A DNA stretch of 64,000 nt from the human T2T-CHM13v2.0 reference genome, Homo sapiens: NCBI RefSeq assembly GCF_009914755.1, contig NC_060928.1; one strand, 5' to 3'. The position numbers and the translations under genes are program-made. This document shows positions 38,310 through 51,540 of the stretch, in pieces; positions within the stretch are counted from its first letter, which is position 1, and each line of letters opens with the position of its first letter. Under the pieces are notes generated by a model. The model ran no database searches. It saw only the letters and a program-made list of their open reading frames with translations, and was not told where the DNA came from.

Positions 38310-40240
38310 GTTCTTTCAGCAATTTGAATATGTAGTATCCTTACCTTCTGGTTTGCATTGTTTCTGGTAAGTCAGCTGAAAATATTATTGGAGTTACCCT
38401 GTACATGAGTTGTTTGTCTCTCACAGCTTTCAAAATTTCCTCTTTCTCTTTTTCTTTCAACATTTTTGTCTTAATGTGTCTGGGTGTGGATCTCTTTGTA
38501 TTTTTTCTTGCTTGTAGTTTATTGAATCTCTTCATGTGAGGTTGATGTTTTTATCAAATTAGTGATATTTTAAGCAATTAATTCTTAGAATACATTCTAA
38601 GAATTATTTACATATAAATTTAAAGATCTCTTTCCCCTCTTCTGGTAGTCTCATTATGTGCATGTTGATACATGCAAGAGTATCCCGTATTTCGTTGAGA
38701 GTATGTTTATTTCTTTAACTTCTATTTCAGTTCTTCTGATTGCATAATTTTTATTGATCTATCATCAAGTGTACTGATTATTTCTTCCTCCAGTTCAATT
38801 TTGACTTCAACTATTTTACATTTCAACTACTGAAATTTCATTTGATTCTTTTATATAATTTATTTCTCTCTATTGGTATTTCTATTTCATGAGACATCAC
38901 CATGGAATCTTCTTTTACTTGTTAAAGCATAATTTCCTTTAGTTCATTTTTCCTGTTAAATCTGATATCTAGACCCTCTCACAGGAGATTTCTGTTGCCT
39001 GTCTTTCTGCCTGCATTTAGTCTCACTTTCTTGCTTTATTAAATGTCGTATAAAGTTTTTTTAAAATTGGAAACTCTAATATATTGCAGCATCTCTGGTC
39101 ACTGGCCCAAACTGAGGAATTGCTTTTGGGTTGTTTACTCATTTATTTGCTTAGTGACTTAGTTCGAGTATTTTTCTAAGATGCAATTCTTATATATGTG
39201 AAGCCTATGATGCCATTCCTCAGGGTGCACTAACTAGGTTTGTACACAGTCCTTTGAGAGAACGGTGGTTTTATCTAAGCTTTTCTTTGATCTTTCTGTT
39301 CATTTTTTGCCTTTGTTAGCATTATACTCAGCTTTTAGGCTTCCCTAGCTGAGGTTTCTTGCACAAATGTCTGAGACAATGACCTGGGACATTAATTGAT
39401 TCACAATGAGTCAATTACATTCAGCCTTTCTTCAGGGGTATTTTTTGAAGCTAGTTGTTAATGTGTGTTTTCATACCAGAAAAGTACTTTTTAAGTGTAG
39501 CTTCTCCTGATTTTCTCTGGTAAACTACTTAGACTAATGTTTAGCTTCTAGTTTTCATGGAGTGACCAGCCTCCTTTTGTTTGCCACCAAAATCTCCATT
39601 ATTTTGAGAGTTCATGTAGGCTTGAACTTTCTTAGATTCCGTTACATAGTCAGGTCCAATGGGGAGATCTTGAATTCTTGGTTATTAGGGCATGGACTTT
39701 ACACTGGCAGATTATCCGAGCTACTTCTATGGAGTTGGAGTCAGAGTGTTGCCTCCTTTTCTCAAAGGGAAAAACTCTATGAGTAGGGAGGTGGATGGGG
39801 GCAGTATGCTCTGCCCTTCTTTACTTCAGCCTTTTAGCTTGAAATCTCTGTTCTAAGAGCACAGGGAGGCTCCAGCTTTCTCAGCGTGTCATTCCTAGGG
39901 TAGAGCCTTCATCCCATGGATGAGGACTGGGTGGAGGAAGAGAGCCCGTGACCTCATGGTATCCCTAATCTAGAATTTAACCTCTGCAACACCAGGCTGG
40001 AGGGACATGAAATGATGATGGCCTGACCCTTTAGGTGAAATAACATAGTCCATAACTGCTACCTGGGGGAAAGGGTACCCCATTCTCTTGGCCATTATCA
40101 CCCGAAATGGAGCTTGTGACACACTGTACTGAGGAGTTCAGGACGCAGGTGATGGCACAAGTGCCACAGACACTTCTTGTTCTTTTAGAAATGTAGTATA
40201 TTTTATTGAATATACTCTAGGGAGAATTTTCATACACTTT
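38310..40240 (-). mobile_element. Old L1M 5' region (ORF1 and 5' UTR), with a remainder at about 41776-41885
   Basis: ORF 38341-38535 (KRSTPRHIKTKMLK..EEILKAVRDK..TPIIFSADL.ETMQTRR) is L1 ORF1p. Confidence 0.75.
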
Positions 40241-40244
40241 TAAA

Positions 40245-41775
40245 TTTTATTATTGTTATTTATTTATTTTCTATATGTATGAGTTTATAGGGTAAAAGTG
40301 CAATTTGTTTACATGCATAGATCTCGTAGTGGTGAAATCTGGGCTTTTAGGGTTTCCATCAACAAAATAACATGCATTTGTCCATTAAGTAATTTCTCAT
40401 CATCCACTCCCAGTAACCACAATCTACCAGGTTTCCATGGATATATTCTACCATGGATATATTCTATATCCATGTGTACACATTATTTAACTCCCACTTA
40501 TAAGTAAGAACATGCAAAGTTTATCTTTCTGAGTCTGACATTTTTCACTTAAGATAATGTCCTCTAATTCCTTTGTTGGTATTATACTCAGCTCTTAGGC
40601 CTCACTAGGTGAAGTTTGTTGCTCAAATGTTTGAGACAATGATCTGGGCCATAAATTGATTCATGCTGCTTAGGAAGATATTATTTTATTCTTATTACGG
40701 CTGAATAATATTCCATTGTGTTTGTATACCACATTTTAATCCAATCATCTATTGATGAACACAGGTCAATTCCATGTGTTTGCTGTTGTGAATAGTGTGG
40801 CAATAAATATCAGTGCAGGTATTTTTTAATATAATGATTTATTTTCCTTTGGATAGATAACCAGTAGTGGGACAGCTAGATCAAATGTTAGTTCTAGTTT
40901 TAGTTCCTTGAGGAAATCTCCATACTGTTTTCCATAGAGGATGTACTAGTGTACATTCCCACCAGCAGTATATGAGTTCTCTTATCTGTGCATCCTTACC
41001 AACATCTGCTGTTTTAAAACTTTTTAATAATTGCCATCCTGACTTGGGTAAGAGGATATCTCATAATTTTAATTTGCATTTCTCTGGTGATTAGTAATAT
41101 TAAACATTTTTAATATATCTCTTGGCCATTTGTATGTCTTATTTTGAAAAATGTCTATTCATACCTTTGCCCACATTTTAATGAGATTATTTTGTTTTTG
41201 TTGAGTTGTTTGAGTTCTTGTATATTTTAGATAGTAGACCCTTGCTGGATACATAGTTTGCAAATATTCTCTTTCATTCTGTATGTCTTCTGTTCACTCT
41301 CTTAATTATTTCTTTTTCTGTACAGAAGCTTATTAGTTTAATTATGTCTCAGTTTTCTATTTTAGTTTTTGTTGCCTGTGTTTTTGAAATCTTAATCATA
41401 AATATTTTGCCTTCACCAATGTTCAAAAGAGTTTCCCTAGGTAAGTTTCTTCTAGTATTTTTATAGTTTAAGGTCTTATATTTAAATCTTTAATCAATCC
41501 TGAGTTGATTTTAGTATATAATGAGAGATAGAGGTCCAGCTTCATCCTGCATATGACAATGCCAGGACCATTTATTGAAAAAGGTGTCCTTTTCCCAGTG
41601 TATATTCCTGTCAACTTTGTCAAAAGTCAGTTGATTGTAAATATGTGGTTTTATTTCTGGGTTTTCTATTATCTTCCATTGATCTGTGTGTCTATTTTTG
41701 TACCAACTCCATTCTGTTTTGCTTACTATAGCCTTGCAGTACAATTTAAAGTCGGGTATTGTGATGCCTCCAGAG
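40245..41775 (-). mobile_element. L1PB/L1MA 3' 1.5 kb inserted into the older L1M
   Basis: T-rich tail at about 40245-40270. ORF 41511-41825 ([35 protein letters not shown]) is the ORF2p C-terminal region. Confidence 0.88.
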
Positions 41776-42099
41776 ACTTTAAGTGTTTTTGTATTTCTTC
41801 TATTTTTGTTTATAATTTTCACCAATTGTTTTTATTTTCCTGGTGAGTGAGACTTCAGGATTTCTCAAATCACCATTCCAGAATTATATGTGGTTCTTTT
41901 AAAGTAAGTTAATTCGGGAAGTTTTATGGAGTCAAATAGATAGTCACTTGAGATAAACTAAAATAAGTTACTAGTGTTTATTATGAATTACATGCACATT
42001 AACACAGACACAAACTCTCAAGAATGGCACCAAACCTAGTCAAATAATTATAGCAATTATCTTGAATATTGGTCAGGAAGAACCAAAAATCTTTAAAAA

Positions 42100-43720
42100 T
42101 ATTGGTCCCAACAAATATATATATTAAAAATCAGACACAAAAAACTCAAATAATTACCAGGTAACATAACTGCATGGCAGACAAAGGGTATTTATAGGAA
42201 AACAAAATATTCAGTACCCCGTAGGTTATACTTACAAAGTCTGAAATTCCAGTCAAAGATTACTAGACATGCATAACACTGGAAAATAATACATATAGTG
42301 AGAAGTAAAAGCAATACAATCAGTCAGTATAAACAAACCCATAATGGATAAATAAACTTGAATAAATAGACACAAGTTTAATATGTGATTATGGATGCAT
42401 ACTATACGCTCAAGAAGATAAGTAGAAATATGGAAGATATATAGGAGACCAAATTCAAACTTTTACAAATGAAATTTACAATGTGTGAGATTTTAAAAAT
42501 ATATTCTAGATAAGATAAATGTACTTGATGATAAACAAAAATTGTAGGAAAAAAGGTTAGTAAATTTTAAGACAAAAAAATAGAAACTAAAACAAAAGCA
42601 AATAAAAAATTAACATAATTAAAAGTATGTGATTGGGCTGCCAATAAACTTTAAACATTCTAATATACATGGAAAAAGCTGAGGTAGAGGGAAAATATTT
42701 GAAAAAAATAATGACAGTGTTTTTAAAAATTGTCAAATAATATAAACCCATAGATCCAAGATCCTCAAGCACTATATAGATGAGGAAAACTTCAACAATG
42801 CACTTCATAACATAATGAAATTTCTCACAACCAGTGATGAACAGAAAGTCATAAGAGGAGACAGAAAATAAGACACAATGTACTGTAGAACAAGAGTAAA
42901 AATGACAGCACAGTTTTTGTCAGAAACAATTGGAGCTAGCAGATAGTGAAAACATACCCTTACAATAGGAAAATAAAAATATAATCCCTTACTCAGCAAA
43001 CTGTATTTTAATAATGAAGAAAAAATAATTACTTTTTCAGATATGCAAAAGCTGAAACACTTTTTCACCAGCAGATCTGCACTATAGAAAATAGTAAAGA
43101 AGGACTTTTACAGTGAAGGCTTATGATACTAGATACAATCATGGATTGACAAACAGAAATAAAATGCAGAAATAAAATAAAATGGCAATGACATGGGCAA
43201 ATATACAAGCTGCTTTACTTACCATTAAATCTCTTTAAATATAATTGACTTTAAAGAAAAATAGCAACATATTATGGGATGTATAACAAGTAAAATTCAT
43301 GAGAAACATAGCATAGAAGCAGACAGGAGAGAAAGCTATAACATTGAAAGGTTTTCATAATATACACAAAATAATAGAATATCTTTAAAATTAGAGGGGT
43401 AATAAGGTAAATATATATACTATAAAACTCTAAAGTAATCCTTACAACAAATACAAAAAATAGCTTGAAGTCAACAAAGGGGAGAAAATGAAATTATGAA
43501 AAAATTCAGTGGAAAGGAAGGTAGAATAAACATGAGATGGAACAAATAAAAACCAAAGAGCTTGATGCCTAAATAGAACCAAATCAATAATCATGTACAA
43601 TGTAAATGGTATCTGAACACATCAATAAAAGTCAGAGACTTTCAGATTAGATCTCTCAGAAAAGCAAAATGCAACTCCACATTGCCTAGAAGAAATACAG
43701 ATGTGATAGGATTAAAAAAA
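42100..43720 (+). mobile_element. Old L1M ORF1 through start of ORF2
   Basis: ORF1-like ataaaacccatagatccaag..aaatgacagcacagtttttgtcagaaacaat. Endonuclease start aatgtaaatgg..aaagtcagagactttcagattag near 43600. Confidence 0.7.
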
Positions 43721-44144
43721 TAAAATACAAGTGAACTTCATTAGTAGGAAAAACATATCAATTTCTGGGCTCAAATTTAAGCACTAAACTGGAAATAGAT
43801 TAATTTATAGAAAAAAAATGTCTGAAGTTAAAAGAACTCTCATGCAATGTTCTAAACATTCTTAATGCAGTCAAGTACAAGTCCAGCTCAGTTATTGAGA
43901 GTATGAGTTAGGTACTTGGCTTAAGAAAAGTAAAATTTAGAAATAGTCATTGAAATCAATTAAGGACAATTGGAAGGTTAAAGGATACAGAAGATTTAAG
44001 TGAGGTTAGAAGACATAATAATTGAGTGGCATTAATCTGTGTATTTTTATTTGTCCCCAGGAAGTTTTAGATTACTCCATTGCAGGAGTGAAAATGTCAG
44101 CTAATAGTATATATTCAACATCTAAATATCTAAAAGTTTTTTAT

Positions 44145-44400
44145 GTCTTCCTTTTTTTTCCTTATTCCAGTTTCTGTTTGTCTTCTGCCTGTCTTCCCTT
44201 CTTCGTTCCATGGTTTCTTCCTTCTTCCTTCCATAGGCATACTTCTTTTCTTTCTTCTTTTTTGATTATTTCATTTTCTTTTTCTTTCATTCTTTCTTTC
44301 TTTCTTGCCCTTTTGCATTCTCTCTTTTCCTCTCTCTTTTCTTCCATTCTTCATTCTTTTCCTTCTTTTTTTGTCCCTTCCTTTTGTTCACCGTTTTTGT
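44145..44400. repeat. CT-rich low-complexity tract
   Basis: Directly visible polypyrimidine-biased sequence. Confidence 0.85.
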
Positions 44401-46272
44401 TAAAATATTTGCGTGGCATATACTGTGATAAAGGCATTATGATTAACAAAAATGTAAAATTGTTGGCTATGGACTACTCTTTGGGATACGATTAAACATT
44501 TCACAAAACCAAGTGATGTAACAGACGCATTTTCGTTGAGTCCTAGAGAATTGTTACATAGCCGGGTTCATATTCTCAGAAAATATTCTAATGAAGCTAT
44601 CAAATCAATTGTCTCATTATTTCCTTCATCAACCTACCTACTTGAATTAATAAATGAAAATATTAATTTTAAGAGAAGCTCTAATCAAATAAGTTTATAT
44701 TGAAGAATATTAATACATTATTCAAAATAGAATCTGAAATATTCAACTCCAGTTTGAGATCTTTTACTCATTTGAAAATGCAAGTACAAATTTGTGTCTT
44801 ATTTATGCTCTTTTGATAAACTGTCTAATCTCATCAGATATGTGAATTCAGCTGGGTTCACTTTAATTTTGGGGTTCTGTGATTATCAGAATTATAAAAT
44901 GGTCCTTCAAGATTTCCTGCACAAAAACCAAAGAATGTAAATATGATGAGATATTATGAACCTACTATGTTATGTCACACTGAAAAATAAATTTTTCAGT
45001 TGATTTTGAGTTATACTTACTCATAAATATATTCATTTTGATTTCTTTAGAATGTGGAGACTAAGAAAGCAAACCTTTGTGACTTGCCTAATAAATATCT
45101 TCTTTCTAGCTAATCAGAATTAATTAATTCAGTGCACTGCAACAGTGATGTTGCTTTGATATTTAACAGGTCATGCTGCTTGTTAGAAAAACTATTTTAT
45201 TTTGAAAAATGAGAAAGGTATATTAAAAATTGCAAGGCTGTGGTCTTGTTCTATTCGCTCTGCCAGCAAGGTATTTTTCAACGTGTATTTGTCCATAGAA
45301 AAGTAAATTTAAAAATTACTTATCTCTGTTTGCATATCTGTATTGTTGATTTATATATAATATTTGTAGATATTCCTGGAAAAAACTTGCAGACATTTGA
45401 TATCAGGAAGAGATTTATGGACCTGACATATCATTTTCTGTTAAGGTATTCAAATCTTCAAAATTTGTGCTTAGAGTCTCTAATTTATTAGCATAGTCTA
45501 ATGATTATATCTGCAATTTTTCTTTGTTTCTTGGCAAAGTAAAAAGTAGTGCAACAATGATATTTTATAAAGAATAAAATCCTTTTGTGAAATATGTTTC
45601 TGTAGCTCATTTAAGAGAAACTGAGCCTAAAAGTAGAACAGGAATATCTTTCTTATTATGATAACTTCAGCCCACTTGCAACATCTGGAAATACATCTCT
45701 TATCCCCAAGGCAGATAAAGTACATCCTTTACAGTAAAGACAGGACTGATTGAATAGTTTAGGCAGGGCTCCTCTTACAGTTACCTGTTGGAAAGATGGA
45801 GCTATAAATAGTTTTCTTATAAAATGGCAACCTATACATAATGTCCCAGATATCATGAAAATAATTTGTAAAATTATTCAAATATGAATAATATGTCACG
45901 CTATTAAATGGATTTTACAGATGATTCATGTAGGATCTTTAAACATTTTGAGAAATAATACTTTTTAAAAATATAGAAAACATATAAACATTATATCTAG
46001 AGAAAATCATACTATGTAGATTTTCTCAAAGTAGATATTCATAAATATGCTACAGAGCCTGACTCAATATATTCTCTTAAAATAGTGTCTGCTTTATTGC
46101 ACTGTAGAAAAAAAAGTTTTCTAGATGTGTTCGCTAGTAAGACAGCAACGGAGAAGTCCTCATTAACTCCCATTAACTGAAACGTATGTGAATGGAAAAT
46201 GCAGTCATCAAATTTATATGTTTAAAAGCTAGGAAGATAACTTATGCTAATTAAAAAGCATAAAGAGAAATA

Positions 46273-46756
46273 TAGTTGACCTTTGAACATTGTGGGTTTG
46301 GAGCTGCACAGGTCCATTTACATGTGGATTTTTTTTCCAATAACAATTTCACCTAGCACGCCTGCCTTCCCTTCTACTTCCTGCACCTACTCCACCTCTG
46401 TGACAAGACCAACCCCTTCTTTCCCTCTTCCTCCGCTTCTGACTGAACATAAACATGAGAAAGATGGAGACTTTTATGATGGCACACTTCCTCTTAATTA
46501 ATAGTAAGTACATTCTCTCTTCCTTATGATTTTCTTAATAACATCTTTTACTCTAGCTTACTTTATTATAAGAATACAGTATATACTGTATATAACATAC
46601 AAAATATATGTCAAGTGACTGTTTATATTATAAATAAGACTTCCAGTCAACAGTAAGCTATTAGTAGTTAAGTATTTGGAGACTCATGTTACACGCAGAT
46701 TTCCAGTTGAGTGGGGATTGGCGTCTCTAACTCCAGCATTGTTCAAGGGTCAAATG
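46273..46756. mobile_element. Tigger2a (MER28-type) non-autonomous element
   Basis: TIRs tagttgacctttgaaca / tgttcaagggtcaaatg. The body is the reverse complement of the element at 54336-55122. Confidence 0.85.
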
Positions 46757-47427
46757 TTCATATGCATGTGTGTCGCTCTATTATTTCTTTTATTAAGGTT
46801 TGTTGAGGAAATTTATGTTTTACTTTGAATGAAGCTTATACTAGTTATTCATAATTTTTTATACTAGTAATTCATAACTCCAATGTTTAAATCAAGTATT
46901 CTTATACAGATATTAAACATATTAAAGTATTATTACTTAATAGTAATGCAATTATTCAATATGTATTCTTTTTTGGGTATGAGTTTTTTTGCTTATCATT
47001 GTGAAATATAGAAAAATTTTGATGTATCAATATTTTGTTGTTTTTTAATTGTTGTAAAGCAGAATTACATTCCCACAATGGGTTTAATCATTCCCTTTAA
47101 TAACTTTTTAAAAAAAGTCTTAAAATATTATTAATAAATAACCTTTGAACATCAGGGTATTTTTTAGGGGTCAGAATTACTAATTTATTTTGGATTAAAG
47201 CCCAGTAACTAAGATACAGGGTCATAAACTCTAAGAAAATTTAGTTTAGTAGATGTCACCAAACTTTAGTTGAAAATGGTTATGTCCATGTATACTCCTA
47301 CCAGATAGTCACAAGAATTTCAGCTGCTCCACAACAATGCTTGGAATTGTTATTTATTTAAAAATATTTTCAATATCTCATCCATTCAGGTTGCACTACT
47401 GTGTTTGGATTTAGATGAAATATCACA

Positions 47428-47768
47428 CTGTGGTTATTGATATTAGGCTTCCTGAACAGTTGTCAATAAACTAAATTACACAACTTGTAAATGTGAGGAA
47501 TTGTGTTCCCGATGAGGTGAACCTTTGTAGAGAAGTCTCTAATGCAGAGTAAGTCCCTAAGTCACTTAGCGCAGAGACTAACTGACACTGTTGATCTCTT
47601 CTCAGCTTATTGTGGAATGGTAGCCGCACAATAAGCTATTACATCACATTGCTTTGCATCTTTATTTACCTCACATTATTTGCACCTTGGACTTCCACCT
47701 CCCAAATAAAATACCAGATCTCTAAAACTTGCCTCAGATTCTAATATTTAGAGGACAATGACTAAGAA
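47428..47768 (+). mobile_element. Old ERVL-type LTR (LTR16/33-like)
   Basis: 3' end cccaaataaaatacc..cttgcctcagattct..gactaagaa resembles ERVL LTR termini. Confidence 0.45.
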
Positions 47769-48187
47769 TACTACTTTTTAAACTGCCTCCTTCATAGAAG
47801 TGGGGACTGACTAACATGTTTATGTAAGAAAACACTTGACCTATTAGCCATCATCGACTATAGGGAACTTAACACTATATGTTTCTTTATATATGTTTAT
47901 TCTAGAAATATAAAATTATACTGATAAACACAAATCTAAGTCTCTAATATTTTAACACTTCTAGGAATTATTGTATTTTCAGTCATCTTTAATCTATTTT
48001 AGGGCCTAGCAATATACTTTACAAATTCTGAATAACCATTAAATATTTTTAGAAGGAATGAATTAATGAGGTTCATAATCTTGTAAGCAATCCTTTAGGA
48101 CTCTTTTGTCAATATCTCTATTTATGGTTCCTCTGAGTTCAACGTCTCTTAAGAATCCTATAGTTCCTACAAAATCATATTTTGTTT

Positions 48188-48193
48188 TATCTG

Positions 48194-48237
<44 letters not shown>
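48188..48237. repeat. (TCTA)n tetranucleotide STR
   Basis: About 11 TCTA units. Confidence 0.95.
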
Positions 48238-48399
48238 ATTACATGTCTATCTATTTAGGTCAACATCCAGGAATTAACTGGTTGTACAGAATACTCATTC
48301 CCCAGTGGCTGGAATAAGAGAATGATAGATTGGCTCATTGAAGATAGCTTCAATTGGAAGACCACACCATGTTTGTATTACAGAAGATAAATGTATAGT

Positions 48400-48700
48400 T
48401 TTATTTGTCCATAACCAGAATACATGGTCTAAAAACAAAGATGTGAAAGTAGAGTAAATCTTCTCACTATTATGCCTAGTAAGCCATTTAAGAATTTTTT
48501 TTTCCCCAACTCACAACATTACTGGTTTGAGGGGAAAGATTTTACCAGGAACACAAAAATGGATCCACTGATGTTCAAGTTGCAACTTGCACTTGGCCAT
48601 TTGCCATGTGTAATTCCAATGAAGCCACAGATAAAATGTGAATTAGTCTAATGGCTGACATGATTGAACTCAACTGACAAGGGAATATTGGACTACTCAT
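48400..48700 (+). mobile_element. ERVL internal remnant, dUTPase region
   Basis: Broken frames LTIMPSKPF, TKMDPLMFKLQLALGH and ADMIELN*QGNIGLL parallel ERVL LTITPSDPL..TMIPLNWKLRLPPGHF..AGVIDPDYQGEIGLL. Confidence 0.7.
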
Positions 48701-48809
48701 GGAAATTAACTCTTGTACATTTTTCCTTTACTAGTTTTAATCTGTATCCTCCCTTTCCCATACACTGTAACCATAAGGGCAACAGGTTTTTCAGTCCTAT
48801 AAGTCATTG

Positions 48810-49290
48810 AGCCCTCTCATCTGACAAAGCAAGGAAATATGTGTATATAATAAACCATGTATATGCACATTTCCACAAATATTTTTGTATTTGCACCTCT
48901 GTTATGCCAAATGTAAATTCATATAGTTCTTCCACTTCAATCTGTTACCATGTCAATTATTGTAAAATCCTACCCTTATGTTTATACAATCAGTCTCTCA
49001 ACTGAGACACACTCCCATTATCCACCATTCATTTATTTCATTGTTCAACTCCAGTATACCTTTTTAGTTGTTCCAGATTTGTTAACTTGTACAACTATGG
49101 GAAACTACTTTATCAACTAGTGTTCAGTGCTTATGTGAATGTCCTCATGCTTTAGTGTTACAGTCTCCATTCATTTCTACATTGGTTAATCTTCCACTCA
49201 CACCTGCAAGGATCATGAAGGTATCCGTTTAGGATATTCACTTGATAACCTGGTGGGGTTCCTGCAGGTAATACTCATAAAAATGTGACA
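48810..49290 (-). mobile_element. L1MC/MD 3' fragments
   Basis: Contains ctcccattatccaccattcattta..ttgttcaactccagtatac..tgggaaactactttatcaactag. Confidence 0.55.
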
Positions 49291-51540
49291 TTATCTTCTA
49301 TCTTCTCAGGATAGAACAATTTCAATTTCAACAAAGTCAATGATTTCAACAACAGTGACACATTTCTTCTTCTCTTCATTATTTACATTTTTTTCAAATT
49401 CCTAAGAAGTGTGATTTCTAAAGTACGGTTGCTGCCTAGGTTAGTTATGTTTATTAATGTATGTTCTTCCATGAAAAGCAGATAATTAAACTGTTTCTAA
49501 TGTTTCACTACATATCTTAATTCAGTTTGACTCAAAAAGCTTTCAGTAACTAAAGTTATATGCCATGTGTTGTTTCAGATCCTGGCAAGCAAGACATGAG
49601 CAAGATTATATCCATATTAAGATCTTAGTACTGGTTCACTGGAAGACCTAGAAGTTGGAAACTGATAGCAATTCTTTACAACAATGAAAACATCTAAACA
49701 ATGACTGACCATCACCCTCTCAGCAAAGTAGATAGCATATATTTCACTTAATGAACACAGTTTGATTGCACAACTTTATGATCTAGAGAAAGAATTTGAG
49801 ATCAAAAAGAGTATTCAAAGTACCTTGGCCTTTTATGATTACAACTAACTATACATTTAACATAGCTGAAATTCAATTTTGGAGACTTGGATTTGATAGA
49901 TATTCAGTATGCTTTCTCATTCAATTATACTATTTTAAAATAATATATAACTTTAAAATTTTTGTTTTTAAATGCCTGCTTAAATATATTTTATGACCTT
50001 ATGACAAGTAGATATTTCCAACATTTTTTTCTTTCTATGATAAGAGCATTTACCTCCTCTCTATTTGTGAATTCAAGACACTGATTAATGACTATTTAAC
50101 AAAATACAGAATGAGTAGTTGCCCAACCAAAGACTGTTTACTGATTTGCGAAATGAATGGAACTTTTTTCTTGTGAATTTAGGTAGTGAATATTTAAAGA
50201 CAAAGATATTAAATAAAACTGCATACACAGACATGCACACATGGGGAAGTGTTACTCTGCAGATACAATTAATGACAAAATCTGATCTTTAGGATACTGA
50301 TCTTATGGGATTACTTATACTGTAGGTCATTTCAAGCAGGCAAAAATAAGTGAATATAATACATCTTGATAAATGAAAGAAATAACTCTCAAATATCTGA
50401 CAACCAGCATCTCCTCATTTTCTTCCAAGAGTATGAGAGAAAAGGAATAATTTTGATTTTTAAGGTGAAAAATATGTTATAACTGCTGGTGGTATTCACT
50501 GAACCTCCCTTTCTTAGGAAGCACAAGGATGTCTTGGCTCTAACTTCTTCATGAATTTACTGACATTCTCTTATGAGATAGACCAAAGACATCAGCTTAA
50601 TAAATAAACTTCAGCAGAGTACATAAAAGAGCAACTCTTAATACCCACACACAAATATTTTTAAACCAAATGATTTATACATATATTCCTAGTTTTCTTT
50701 ATGAAATGCTTAATCTCAAACCAAGAGTCACTATCTGGGGCCTCATAAACAGCCAGCATCTGAGCTCCTAAATGAACCAAGCTTCATAGGCCTATGGCTC
50801 CTAGGTACAATTTTTTAGTGGCATGAGTCAAAGTATAAGAAAAAAATCAAAGTCAGTTTTGAAAGGCAAAACTGATGGCACACTCTTTAATTGAATACAG
50901 CTGACAAGGCATTTGAAAGGAATTGTTCATAAATATTTAAAAGGACTCTTAGGGCCATAATTAACATTGTACTACATTAATTTGACTAATATAGTTTGTT
51001 TTCTTTCCAATTGAAGAATAATTCATTTACTGAACAAAATAGTTTCAGCTTTGCTGGCTTTAATTTTTGCAGCTTAGTAGTTTTAATTTAGCATCTTGTG
51101 TCTACCCATGGATTTGTAAATGCTGCTAATTCATCAATAGTAGGTAAATCCAATCTACATTCTAAATAAGTTAGAGCTGAAGCAGCTGATTGCGGTCATC
51201 AAGTAACTTATTAGTAATTCTTTCCATTCCTTGTTCTTTAATCGGTTGTGTAGGTTTATTCTTTATTACATTGATAAAATGAAAGCTGATAAGGAAAGTT
51301 AGAGGTGAATGGCAGTTGAGCACATGTACTGGAAATGGAAAGAACAGCAACGGTATGATTTCAGAAGTGTTGAAGATGGTATGTCAGATGAATGACACAT
51401 GGTTGAAATATATGTTTACCTATCACATATTATCATATTGTAATAACAGTTGCAGAGCTATGCTGTCATTCACATTTTGTATTTTTTTTTGGATTTCTGT
51501 TTCATTTTTTCTTTCTTTTTAATAGGATGGATTTAACTAT

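Noticed and set aside
44022-44495. 157-aa Phe/Ser/Leu-rich membrane-like ORF
   Set aside because: It is the translation of a CT-rich low-complexity tract.
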